In this document: one piece after another, positions 13,150 through 24,843 of the stretch
Layout of the letters: each line of letters starts with the position of its first letter
Position numbering within the stretch: position 1 is the stretch's first letter
Origin: Gnetum montanum
Taxonomy: Eukaryota; Plantae; Gnetophyta
Direction: 5' to 3'
Assembly (NCBI GenBank): GCA_015680685.1
Contig: MNCI01002485.1
Coordinates: 744,439-808,438 of the forward strand
DNA: 64,000 nucleotides
Position numbers and translations under genes: made by a program
Notes under the pieces: model-generated
Seen by the model: only the letters and a program-made list of their open reading frames with translations
Databases searched by the model: none
Told to the model about the DNA's origin: nothing

Positions 13150-16110
13150 AGTAGGTTCTGAAGCTTTTCCCCCCTTGTTTCCATGTTTGCTAGCATGGAG
13201 AAAAGGGGGTTTAGCATGAAGAACCAAAATAAAAGAAAAAATAAGCTGAAACATGGTCAAAAAAGTACCTGGAGTCTAGATCTAGAACTTGTGCATCTCT
13301 TGGCTTTGTTCCAAGATAATTTGAGGCCATTTTGGGTGTCAATAGATGTTGAAATGGATTCCCCCCCTATTTCATGCTGGGAACAGTATCCTAAGCATGG
13401 AAAAATATGGGGAAACTTATTTTATGAATTCAGAGTAATTTTGGAGCACTTTGACTAGGTTTCTAGGCCCCTATGGTTGCGAACTTTGATTATGCAAGTT
13501 TTTGACTGATTTTGGGCATGTTTGAAGGTGTTTAAGGGTACTTAAGGTCTTTCCCCAAGTTTCCACATTAGGGGAGCTACTCCAATGTGGAAGAATGGGG
13601 GAAATTAATTTTAAAGGTTGAAATGAGATAAAACAAGCAAAATATTGAGGCTATGAGGTCGTAGGCTTCTCTAACAGAGATCTTTGGCTTCCAAGAATGC
13701 CATCTTACCTTCAAAAGTGGAAAAGAAACCTCCCCCCTTATTTCCATGCTTGGGAAGTTAATCTAGCATTGAAGAATCAAGAATTGTAGATATAGGCCAA
13801 TTTGGATCACAATCGATCGTGCATGTTACCTTTTGAAGTTGCCAAGGTCAAGGGTTATGGATCCATGTCAGAATTTAGTAGTTTTGGGCATTGCTAAGTG
13901 GACTTCTAGCTTTCCCCATTTCTTCCATGGTGGCGATGGAAAGCTCAGCATGGAAAGAATCAAGAATGGATTTTTAGCCATTTGGGATTAGTTTTGTGAA
14001 GTTTAAGATCTTCGATAGTTATAGCCATCATTCTAGAGTGCATGAAAGGTTGCTTGGTGTCATTTTGAGGTGTTTAGGAGATTTAAATAAGTTTCCCCTT
14101 GAGTTTCCACACTAGGGATACCCTGGTAGTATGAAAAAATGGATCTTTAGTGTGTAAGAAACATGAAAATTAGATCTAGACCAATTTTGACCTTAATTTA
14201 CTATGTATGTTAGCTTCTGGGGCCACCAGTGTCGAGGACTAGGATTTGGTGTTAATTTTTGGAAACTTTGAGTATTTATAAGTGTTTTTTGGACTTTCCC
14301 CATTATTTACACACTAAAGATGGAGAGATTAGTGTGGAAAATTTGGGAAAAAGAGTTTTGATCATTTTTGGCTACTTTTGGTCATGCATGCGGGGTTCTA
14401 AGTTTTCTTGTGATGATGGTTGATGCCTAGTGTTAAATTTTGGACATCTTGAAGGTTGATGAGTAGTATTTTGGTTTCCTCCCATTTTTCCACTTTGGGG
14501 ATTCCATTATTAGCATGGAAAAATGGGGGAAAATATTTTTTATCATTTTTGACCATTTTCAGTTGTGCATGTAGGTTTCTAAGGTTGTAGGGGCTAACTA
14601 CTACTACTTGATGTTAAAATTTGGTTGTTTCAAGGTTGACAAGGCATTTTTTGAACTTCTCAAACTTTTTCAATGTTGGAGCTTTCATTCTTAGCTTGGA
14701 AAAATTGGGGTAAATCTTTTTGATCACTTTCAGTCATGCATGCAAGTTTCTAATGTTGTCAGGGTTGACTGCTGCTAATTAATAATAAAATTTGGTTGTT
14801 TTAATTTTGATAAGGAATTTTTAAAAAGTCCCATCAATTTTCCACATTGGAGCTTCCATTCTTAGTATGGAAAAATGGGGGGAAATTTTTTTGATCATTT
14901 TTGATCATTTTCAGTAATGCATGAAGGTTTCTAAGGTTGCCAGGGCTGATTGTTGCTACTTGATGTCAAAATTTGGTTGTTTCAAGGTTGATAAGGTATT
15001 TTTTGGACTTCCCCCCATTTTTCCATAGTGGGGCTTTCATGTTCAGAATGGAAAAATGGGGAAAATATTTTTGATCATTAATGGTGACTTTCAAGCATGC
15101 ATGCACAAGGTTACTGGTGTTGCCTACTACCATCTAACATTGTAATTTAACTGTTTCAAGGGTCATAAGGGATTTTTTGGTCTTCCCAAACTTTTTTCAT
15201 GCTAGGGATTTCATTTTTAGTGTGGAAAATTGGGAAGAAAGCTTGTTTGATCATGTTTGGTGAATCTGGCCATGCATGAGTGCTCATAGGATTGTTGGCA
15301 TTGGCAATCAGTGCTTAAGATCAAGATTTGGTCATTTTGGGGGCTGTGAGGTGGTTTTCAATCTTCCCCCTCTATTTTCATGCTGGGGGTGGAAGGCATA
15401 GCATGGAAGTGGTCTCCCTTAATCAAGAAAGTTAGTTCTAGGCCAAATCAATAGCTGATCGCCCATGCATGTTACCCTTTAAGGTTGTTAGTGTTGACGA
15501 CCAAGATTGGGTGTCAAGATTTGATAGCTTGGAGGCTTCTAAGTGTCTCATGTAATCTCCCCTCTTTCTTTCATGCTGGGAATGGTGGCCATAGCATGGA
15601 TGAGAGGGGGATGATAGATTTGTACCATTTTTAACCCAATTTTGAGGCATCAAGAAACGATCATTAGGTCATCAATTTAGATAATTTTTGACTTCCCCCT
15701 TCTTTCCATGAAGAGGGTGAGAGGCTTAGTGTAGAAAAAGCCTTCCACATTGTGGAAAACATCAAATCCTAGATTTTGACTAGTTTTGATTAGGTTTGGT
15801 GAGGTTTCGAGGTTGCAAGAAATGCTCTAAGGGGTTCTAGGTCATGTGGGGCCCACTTTGGGGTCAAACTTATGCTAGATGAATGTTGGGATGCACGAGT
15901 GAGTGTTACCCCCCTTCTTCCATGCTGGGAACTATTGCCCTAGTGTGGAAATCCATGGTACTTAGCCTTGCTCATGTTTTGCCCAAATTTGAAAACCCAA
16001 GGTTCAAAAGGTAGGTTTAGGTTACTAAAAATAGAAAGATATTTGTAAATATAATGAATTCATAGAATAATGGATATGTTTTCATGTTGGGCATGGAATT
16101 CCTAGCATGA
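13150..16110. repeat. Degenerate tandem array of ~170-200-bp units (about 15-16), each with an internal inverted repeat
   Basis: The motif ttcca(t/c)g/act..agcatggaaaa recurs near 13190, 13398, 13588, 13768, 13951, 14152, 14336, 14517, 14698, 14869, 15050, 15224, 15405, 15597, 15947 and 16107. One unit has a perfect 14-bp stem: ccccatttttccat (15013-15026) / atggaaaaatgggg (15048-15061). Confidence 0.88.
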
Positions 16111-17429
16111 ATGTATGAAATGAAGGTTGCAATAATGTTTAAAGTGTCAAAATTGACAAAAACATCTCAACATTGAAGCAAATTTTGGCCAAAAGTAAAG
16201 GTGCAGGGTGGGATCCACAATCCATAAATTTAAAATTTTGAAAATTGAAGTTGTTTCCCATAAACAACCAATGTGAACTAGACTTTTTCCCTTTTTCTTT
16301 AGTGCACTTGTAGTTATGATGCATTGAATTAGTAGCCGACATTTTGTTTAGGTTTTAGAAGGGTTTTATATGTTCGATTTTGTAATTTTTGATCATAATT
16401 ATCATTCTAAAGAAACAACACATTGGAGGAGAGCTCTGGTAGAGATTCTTGTGGAAGCCACAAAAAATCTTTAGCATGGAAGCCCCCCATCTCCCCTGTA
16501 GCCAACATAGAACTTTTAGCTTCTCCTAATTTCCATCTTCCTGAACATTGAGCCTACCATGGCACCAAAATAGAGAGGATGAAAGAGCAAGAATCCCACA
16601 ATCCAAAGGATGGATGAGCATTCCAGGGAGCTATGAAAGGTTCCTAGGATAATATGTATCCATTCCCCATCTTTCATTGCTCCAAGGTAGGCAATTCTTC
16701 CTATTTTTGCCTTTTTTTGTGTGATTTTTCTAGTTTTTTACTTCTTTGATGTTAAGGACATTTTTTCAGATCTAGTCCAGTAAAGGAATTATAATGGAAT
16801 TTTGATGAAATCCCATCTCCTATTTTTGTTTCTCCCATGTATATCTATAGTTTTTTCATCTCTTTTGCTTTTGTAGATTTGATTTTGAAAATAGGGCTTG
16901 CTATTTTATGCTTTTTTATGAAAATCTTAGGGTATGGCCATTTTTTTTAGATCTATTCCTTAGGATTTGTTAAAAATAAATTTTAACAAAATCCTACCCC
17001 ATTATTTTGATGTGAATTTAAATTCATTTCAATGGTTTTGGCTATTTCAACCATTTTAATGGCTATGTGAAATTTAGGCTTTGAGATTTTTGAAGTTTTG
17101 CTATAAAAAACAATCAAAGTTGTGTATTTTTTCTTGGTGAAATAGCTAAATATTTGAAACATTAAAGGTTATGAGTTTGTAGCCCTTTTTTAAAGATTTC
17201 CTATGGTTGTTGTCTCATTTATTTAACTTTGAAATGAGGAAGTTATGACTATTTTCATAACATTGCGCAATTAGGTTGTTTGTGCCACTTTTGTAATTTC
17301 ATGTAGATTTATGAACTTTTTATAAGAACATTGTAAAGGTTTTTGGTATTTTTTATAAGAACATTGTAAAGGTTGTTTTTGCCACTTTTGTAATTTCATG
17401 TAGATTTATGTACATTTCTTTTGCACTTT

Positions 17430-17848
17430 CTCTCTTCTTAAGATCTTCTTCTTTCTTAGCCACTTAGTCAATGAATTTTTTGATTTGATGGGCTCACATC
17501 TCTAAGATTCTTCCTTGGGCATAGGCATGAAGAGTTGCATGTGTCTTGTATTAGAATCCAAATATGATGTGGCTTAGTTTCTTCTCTTGAGAGAAGTCAT
17601 GGCTTGTGCATCTATGTAATAGTGAATAGTAGTTTTCTAAGCTTGTATCAAAGGATTTATAGTTCCATTGCCTCCATTCTTGAATTTACTTCCTCAAGTT
17701 GGACACTTGTAAGTAAGTCTAATATTTGTTATTAAAAAGCTCTAATACTATACTCCATCAATATATGGGATGTAATTCTAATAATTTATACCAACTCTCT
17801 ACCTCCTTGATAAGTGTCCTTGGAAAAAAATTAAGCTTTTATCATTTG
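17430..17848 (-). mobile_element. gag: gag fragment of an older copy of the gag-protease family (left half of the host of the 17849-24649 insertion)
   Basis: Collinear with 22250-22670 (ccttgg..aatt/aagctttt..; ttccttgggcata). Continues in register after the insertion at 24650. Confidence 0.8.
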
Positions 17849-18652
17849 TGATGAGTGGCGAGGTACCCCTACACTCAACCATACGAATACGAGCATCTCA
17901 CATGTGATCTGGTCGAACTCTAAGGACTAAGTGCTTACGTGCCTTATGGAACACTTAAGGTTAATTAATAGCTGTCTTCCCAAACTTACTTGTATTGTCA
18001 TGGTTGTATGGTTAAGTAAGTCTAAGGTATGTGATTTTTATATCTTTTCTCTTTCTAACGCCTATGATAATGAGGGAAAGGGTGAAGAGACTAAGTGACT
18101 AACTTTCACTAACTAAGTTCTAATTGCCCTAGCACTAGTATCCATTCCCACTTTCCGCACACACCTTAAACTAGTGCAATGTTGTTGGGATTACCAAATG
18201 CTACTCGTTACTGGGTTACCAAGTGTTACACATGTGCTTGAAGCAGTTGTACTGAATGCACTTAACTAGGAGAGTTGAGGGTTGAGAGAGATTTAATTAA
18301 CTAGGAAAGTAGTTAAACATTTAATAGTAATTAAATCCTATTTAGCTTAGTCCATGCATTGCAAGGTTTATCATAAAGTTCGTCTTTATTGCCGTACACA
18401 AATGTGTGCTCAAGTACAATTTGCTCGAATAAAGATCCATTCACTTCGAGACTCCTACTGCCAGCACATGGAAATTATTCTATCTTTGGAATGGTAAAAC
18501 TGCTAGAATTTAGCTAAGGATCTAGATCTAGATGATTGAACAAGGGAAAGCCACCTCTTATTTATAGAACTGGTGATGGGCTGCGATATCGTGTACATGA
18601 TATCGCAGGGGTGGACGCGATATCGCGGCTCATGCGATATCGCATCTCATCA
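17849..18652 (-). repeat. 3' LTR (804 bp)
   Basis: TG..CA termini. TATA-like ctataaataa on the minus strand at ~18558-18567. Direct repeat of 23897-24649. Confidence 0.95.
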
Positions 18653-18666
18653 TACCCCCATGACTG
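18653..18666 (-). promoter_or_regulatory. Polypurine tract
   Basis: Minus strand reads cagtcatgggggta immediately before the TGATGAG of the 3' LTR. Confidence 0.8.
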
Positions 18667-20581
18667 AATGAAAACTCATCCTCGAGATCCTTACAAAATA
18701 TTGGGAAGGTATGGGATTATTGACTTGAATGATACTAATGGTGAATGGGGTGACATGTGAACAGATCATCATTACAAAACAGGACAAAATTAGTGTTCAC
18801 GACAACAAGAGTGAATACTATACACATTTGACATCCAGCCTTATTTGGAAGCTGAGAGGGAAGAGAGAAGAGAGAGAAAAGAAGAAGTTTGTTGCTATTG
18901 ATACCAAGATTATTCCTTTCATTATTCGTCCATAAGCGTGCCATCAATCTTGTTCCTTGTATAACTGCTTCAGCACTAGTCCATTCCAAGTGTTCCCTCT
19001 AGATCCAATTCGTTGATGTATGATTGCCATTTGTACACACAACACATTCTTATATTAGCAAAGGTAAATGAATTATAATGCAATTAATACCTTGCCTAAG
19101 TGTAAGGTCCATTGGCTGAGTTGTGATATGGATAATGAAGATTTGAAGATATAATACTAATGGCTACTCGAGGTGTAGGGTTTAAGAGAAAATCAAAAAA
19201 ATTGGACCAGGATCCCCATGATTGGGAGCGAACATCCAGTAGTGATAGAATGGAAAAATATAAGGAATAAGAAATATGGAGAAAAAGAAACAATAGTATC
19301 ACCGATAAAATGGATGTCAAAGATGGATATGAACAAAATAAATGGTGATTGTGGAAATGCTTAAGGAAAAGAAATTAACTGATGCACCAAATAGGAATGC
19401 TAGTGGGTCCTCCCCAAAGCAAGCTCATGCCCTTAGTTCCCTAACAATCTCACATTCAAAGAGTCTGTAGGCTCTAGAAATGTCATTTGGAAGTAAGAGT
19501 TAAATTCTTAACCACAAGATTTTACCAAAAAGAAAATAATGCATCAACTAAAGTATAGAATATTGATACAACCAACAATGAGGTGAATAATGGAGAGAAA
19601 GATGAAGAGAAGAGAATGGAATGGAATCCCAAGAACAAGGTTGTGTAAAGTCCCTTGCGTATTTCATGGTTAATGTGACTCGGTAGATCTCATTCCAAAT
19701 CCAGCCTCAAACAAACCACATCCAGTGACTTCACATTAATAAATTTGGCCAATCCATCCCCTTGAAGTAACAAGAATGCTTCCACCAAAAAGTAACCACC
19801 ATTCCAATGAAATGAAAAAGGAGAAAGTAGGGAGCAAGAAGGGCCTTAGTTAGAGGGAACATGTTTATTTAGTTCCACAACTAGTGCTTGTAGCCCAATT
19901 GATTATTCCATCTAAGGGATGTGCTTTGAATTTTCACTATTTTTTTTTGCGTGAGAACCACACCATGCAAAGACTTATTATTTTTATTAGCTCAGCTTCC
20001 CAATAATGGAGCAATGTCAGAATGGTAAGGAAAACCCAAAAATAAAACATTCAAGCACCCAAGAGAATGGCCAACAAAAATGCATCAAATCCCCTTGAAG
20101 TCACACCCTTTTCAATCCTTGAGTCCTTCCTTAGTTTGAGAAATGCCCAGTCACCAATTCATTAATAGTTCTTATTAGTGAGAAAGGGACTATACAGTTC
20201 CAAGCCAAGAGAGATCATAGAAATTCATGGATGCATGGATGATGTGGACTCATTGGCTATTATATCAAAAGAACCATACCTTAGTATTAACATCATAACT
20301 TAAAGCTAAAAACCAAACATTAGAAATCAATGGAATATAGTTCATACCACCATCAGGAGCACTTATTAGGTGACAAAATTTACAAACAAACAATCAAACA
20401 CACAAAGAAATAAAAGAGTATAAATGGTGTTGAAAAAAAAACAAGAAAATTTAAAGAAATTTGTAAAATAAAAATGTCCAAATTCTCCCCATTGATGTTT
20501 TTAGGTTAAGGGTTGGAAGTTGGCGATGCTCTTACTCCAATGTATCTATGCTTTCGATGTGAGTGCACGTTGGTCCCCTAG

Positions 20582-21169
20582 TTAGTTACATGCATATTGG
20601 TGAGTTTCTTGATTAGCTATCAACCACTGGGTATTTTTTTGTTGTATGGTTGCTACATATAGGCAACCTTGGATGTTAACCTCTGGTGCATACCGGTTGC
20701 ATGCAGGCAATGCTAAACATTCGTGTATGCAATCACACCCTGTATCACTGTATGTGATGCATGGAACTTTCTTCTTCTTGATCTTCCCACAAGTGTTTTC
20801 CTTAGATATTTCTAGGGAAAGATCACAGATTCTTAGGCATGCATTCATGGTACTGAGCCATGCCCTTCCCATTATTATTGGAAAGTCCCCCTTGTCATTG
20901 TTGACTTGTATTACTAGGAAATCAGATGGGTATGACCAATCACACATCATGGTAATGATGTCCTCCACTAATCCCAAGGGAATAGTGATGGACTGGTCAA
21001 CCAGCTCTAAGTGAATATTGCTCTTCTTTAGTGGAGGAAAGTTCCAGGCCTTATACATTTCTTGTGATATCAAGTTGAATCTGGAACCTGAGTCCAAAAG
21101 AGCTTTACAATGTCCATTCCCAACAACTTGGAGATAGATTAAGGGACTTCCAAGGTTAGAGAATTTCAT
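20582..21169 (-). CDS. Retrotransposon aspartic protease (open 195-aa frame)
   Basis: KALLDSGSRFNLI catalytic motif, plus LVDQSITIPLGLVED, YPSDFLVI and PIIMGRAWL, all typical of Athila-clade proteases. Confidence 0.9.
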   Translation of the reverse strand: MKFSNLGSPLIYLQVVGNGHCKALLDSGSRFNLISQEMYKAWNFPPLKKSNIHLELVDQSITIPLGLVEDIITMMCDWSYPSDFLVIQVNNDKGDFPIIMGRAWLSTMNACLRICDLSLEISKENTCGKIKKKKVPCITYSDTGCDCIHECLALPACNRYAPEVNIQGCLYVATIQQKNTQWLIANQETHQYACN

Positions 21170-21199
21170 GGGAAGGTGGCCCTCCTTGATCTAGTCAAT

Positions 21200-23270
21200 G
21201 ATGGTATGTGTTAACATAACCATGTGTGTTGAGCTCTGTTGTTGGTTTGAAGGGAGCTCTGAAGCCTTATTTGGTGGAGGAACGTTTGGAGGCTCAACTG
21301 CTTGTGGTTGTGAGAGCTTGTTTGGATTGTTGGTTCTGAAGAAAGTTATTCTTCTTGTATGGTTATTAGAACCAACAGTGGGTTAAAGGTTTAAGGCTCT
21401 CATAGCATTGTGTTGCTGTAGTTGAGTGAGGAGTTCCCCTTGCATCGCTGGAGAAGGTGGTAGTGGAGTTATCGGTGTGAGAATTGTAGATGGATTTAGA
21501 GGATGGTATGCATGTGGTGTTTCTCTTTCAGGAGAAGGAGTCCTATAATACTCTTGAGCTTGGTAGTGACGTTGTGGTGTCATGTGACCAACATAGTTAG
21601 GTGGAGAGGTTGGTTGTTGCACGTAGTAGCCATATGGGTCTAGTTGCCGGTAAGGGTATTTTTGCCTTGGCGGTGGCATCCTCCATGATTGTGGGTATTG
21701 CCATTGCTGGTGTTGTTCAATAGGTTTTGATGGAGTTCCACTTGGATAATATGTCAAGGGTTGGTGGAACTACCTTGGTTTACCTTGGAGATAAGGTAAC
21801 CAACGAGGTGCTTGCCATTTGTTATGTCTTGGGTTGAGTGCATACATCCCAGACTCTTGTAGATGTGAGATTATTGGGTAACATGCCTTAGGATGGTCAT
21901 ATTGGCATATCTCACATCTACCATCATTATCTGTATCAGAATCCATAACCTCTTCGGTGATAGCCATTTTACCCTTACATTTGTTACGTGCATTGACCAA
22001 TTCTCTCTTCTTCTTTCTATCATGGTCCCTACTTCGCTCCTTCAACTCCTCTACGATTTTTAGAATAGTTTCAAATATACTATCTAAGGAGTTCCAAATT
22101 TGATATACCTTAGCTGACACTTCTATTATTAATTTTTGTAGTGGCAAGGTTTTCCTATGCACTAGCTCTTTGAGTGGTGACTCTTCCTTCTGCTCACAGA
22201 ATCTCACTTCCCTTTTTCGAGGAAGGATCGTGGTTGTACTCTTCCATACTTTCTCTCTTACATAGATCTCCTTCTTCCTTAGCTACTTATTCCAGCAATC
22301 TATGGATCCAATGGGACCTAAGCTCAGATAATATCCCTTGGGCATATGTTCCAAGGGTTCTCCTAGTTTCATGCCTAAGTCCATCTACGAGATGGTGTAG
22401 TTGATCCTGCTATGAGTAACCATGGCCTAGGCAACGATGTAACAGTGTATAATAATGGCCCATGGTAGCATCCAAGGATTCATGAGTTCCCTGCTTCCAT
22501 CCTTGGATTTTTTTTCATAGGTTGGACACTCAGGAGTAAGTTTGGTACTTAGCATTAAACAGTTCTAGCATCATACTCCACCTCCTAATGGTTTCCAGTT
22601 CTAAGGACCGGTACTAGCTTTCTGCTTCTTTTACTAGTATCCTTGGGAACAACTTTAATTTTTGCCACTCGTTCTAAATATTCTACAAGGCACAAGCATC
22701 ATGAAATGCCTGTAGATGGTTTTGAGGATTAGCGTTGTATCCCCCCTCAAATCGTGGGATGTTATTCATGTCTAATCTCTTGATCCTACTATCTTTTTGG
22801 TGCCTTGTAGGAATTCTAAGGGCCTCCGTAATGCCTAACATGCTTCGGGTTGCAAGTAGGGGTTCTTCATGGTCATTTCTTTCATAGCATCTATGATGTC
22901 TATGTGGTTCCCTACTTTCCCTTCTTTCATGCCTTGATTCTCCAGAGTGCCCTCGTCCTTGCTCTTGACTCTCTTGTTGAGGTCTCTCATTTTGCTTACC
23001 CTTATCCTCACGGTTAGGTTCCTTATGACTATGTCCTGATGTTGAAGGAGAGGGTGAATGTGATGATGAAGGGGAGGAAGAAGGAGAACCATTACCATGA
23101 CGATGTTTCCTACCTTCTCTTTGGTGGTCTCGACCCTAATCGTGATGATGATCAGAATGCTCACCCTTGTCATGTGTTTGTGTTCCCTCATTGAACACTT
23201 GGTGTTCGTGGGGATTAAAACTAGGGTTGTGAATCATGGAGCGTAGGTTCTGATACATCACCTCTTGACC
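21200..23270 (-). pseudogene. gag: gag (Retrotrans_gag-like capsid, CxxC..H..C knuckle, Pro/Gln/Tyr-rich linker), interrupted by stops and frameshifts
   Basis: MNNIPRFEGGYNANPQNHLQAFHDAC..KLKLFPRIL..FNAKY (~22545-22770), CEICQYDHPKAC (~21880-21920), and a PQY-rich ORF at 21383-21757. Confidence 0.85.
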
Positions 23271-23877
23271 ATCGTTAGGAGGAAAAGATTGCTTTGTGGA
23301 GAACCTATGAAAATAGGTTCACCACCCTCAATTTCGTTTAAGATGGGTGAAGCATTACGGGGGCCTTTGCCCTTCAACGATGTGTGGTAACTCTCCTGTC
23401 ACGAGTCCCATTGACGTTGCACTTCCATGGGATGGTAGTACCTTACGTTGTAATCGCATGCAACGTACTCAACATATAATTTTAACATGCCTATTTGTGC
23501 AAGGGCATGAAGGAGCATGTTGGAGGCTAATCTGTCTAGAGGCAATACTATGTTACCTTCCATGTCTCTCGAATGCAGTTGTTCGTCTTGATGGAAGAAA
23601 AAGGTAAAGTCAGGTATATTTTCATCATGATGAATATATACCACACTGAATTGTTGAGGAACTAGCAGATTTTGGTTATGTGTGTTTTGTCGCCAACTGT
23701 CTCTAGTGTTGTTCCTAGGCGGTGAACTGCTTTTGTTCGAAGAAGAAGATATTTTAGCCTTGTTCGATGTGCTGTTTACCATTATCTTATTTTTCTTGAT
23801 TAACCCTAAGGGTTTGTTTGAGCTTCCCAATGATGTGGATGATTTCCTATGTTCTAGGTAGCACACAAACAACTAAG

Positions 23878-23895
23878 TCCCTAGTAATGGTGCCA
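23878..23895 (-). promoter_or_regulatory. Primer binding site, Athila type (tRNA-Asp-like), CpG-decayed
   Basis: Minus strand tggcaccattactaggga versus the canonical TGGCGCCGTTGCCGGGGA, 1 nt from the LTR end. Confidence 0.85.
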
Positions 23896-23896
23896 A

Positions 23897-24649
23897 TGAT
23901 GAGTGGCGAGGTATCCCTATTCTCAACCATACGAATACGAGCATCTCACGCGCGATCCGGTCGAACTCCAAGGACAAAGTGCTTATGCGCCTTATGGAAC
24001 AATTAAGGTTAATCAATCGATGTCTTCCCAAACTTACTTGTATTGTCACGGTTGTATGGTTAAGTAAGTTTGATGTATGTGATTTTTATATCTTTTCTCT
24101 TTTTAATGCCTATTCTAATGAGGGAAAGGTTGAAGAGACTAAGTGACTAACTTTTGCTAACTAAGTTCTAATTGCCCTAGCACCAGTATCTGTTTCCACC
24201 TACCACACACACCCTGAACCAGTACAATGCTATTGGGATTACCAAACGCTACTCGCTACTGGGTTACCAAGCGTTACACACATGCTCAAAGCGGTCGTAC
24301 TGAATGCACTTAACTAGGAGAGTTGAGGGTTGAGAGAGATTTAATTAACTAGGAAAGTAGTTAAACATTTAATAGTAATTAAATCCTATTTAGCTTAGTC
24401 CATGCACTACAAGGTTTATCAGAAAGTTTGTCTTTATTTCCGTACACAAATGTGTGCTCAGGTATAATTTGCTCGAATAAAGATCCGTTCACTTTGAGAT
24501 TCCTATTGCAAGCACATGGAAATTATTCTATCTTTGGAATGGTAAAATTGCTAGAGTTTAGCTAAGGGTCTAGATCTAGATGATTGAACAAGGGAAAGCC
24601 ACCTCTTATTTATAGAACTGGCGATGGGCTGTGATATCACATCTCATCA
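23897..24649 (-). repeat. 5' LTR (753 bp)
   Basis: Direct repeat of 17849-18652, lacking 51 bp of the palindrome array. Confidence 0.95.
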
Positions 24650-24843
24650 ATTTGTTTCTAATATTTTACAAGGTACATAGATCATGAAAAGCTTGTATAT
24701 GATTCTATGGATTAGCATTGTAGCCTTCCTTAGGTCTAGAAATATTTTTCATATTTAGTTACTTAATACAACTTTTCTTTTAATGCCTAGTTGAAATTTA
24801 AATAGCCTCCCTAATATTAATCGTGCTTTTGGTGGTTAGTAAG
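24650..24843 (-). mobile_element. gag: Right half of the interrupted older gag
   Basis: Collinear with 22671-22810 (ttcta..acaagg..catgaaa..ggattagc..). Confidence 0.8.

Larger units (their letters stand above)
17849..24649 (-). mobile_element. Complete non-autonomous Athila-clade LTR retrotransposon encoding only gag and aspartic protease (TR-GAG-like), 6.8 kb
   Basis: Paired LTRs TGATGAG...CTCATCA, roughly 90% identical by eye. 5-bp TSD ATTTG at 17844-17848 and 24650-24654. PBS and PPT present. No RT, RNase H or integrase motifs in 18653-20580. Confidence 0.95.

Noticed and set aside
13150-16110. Regularly spaced palindromic repeats resembling a CRISPR array or integron attC cassettes
   Set aside because: The sequences between hairpins are homologous to each other rather than unique spacers. 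The context is a plant retrotransposon stack with no cas genes or integron integrase.
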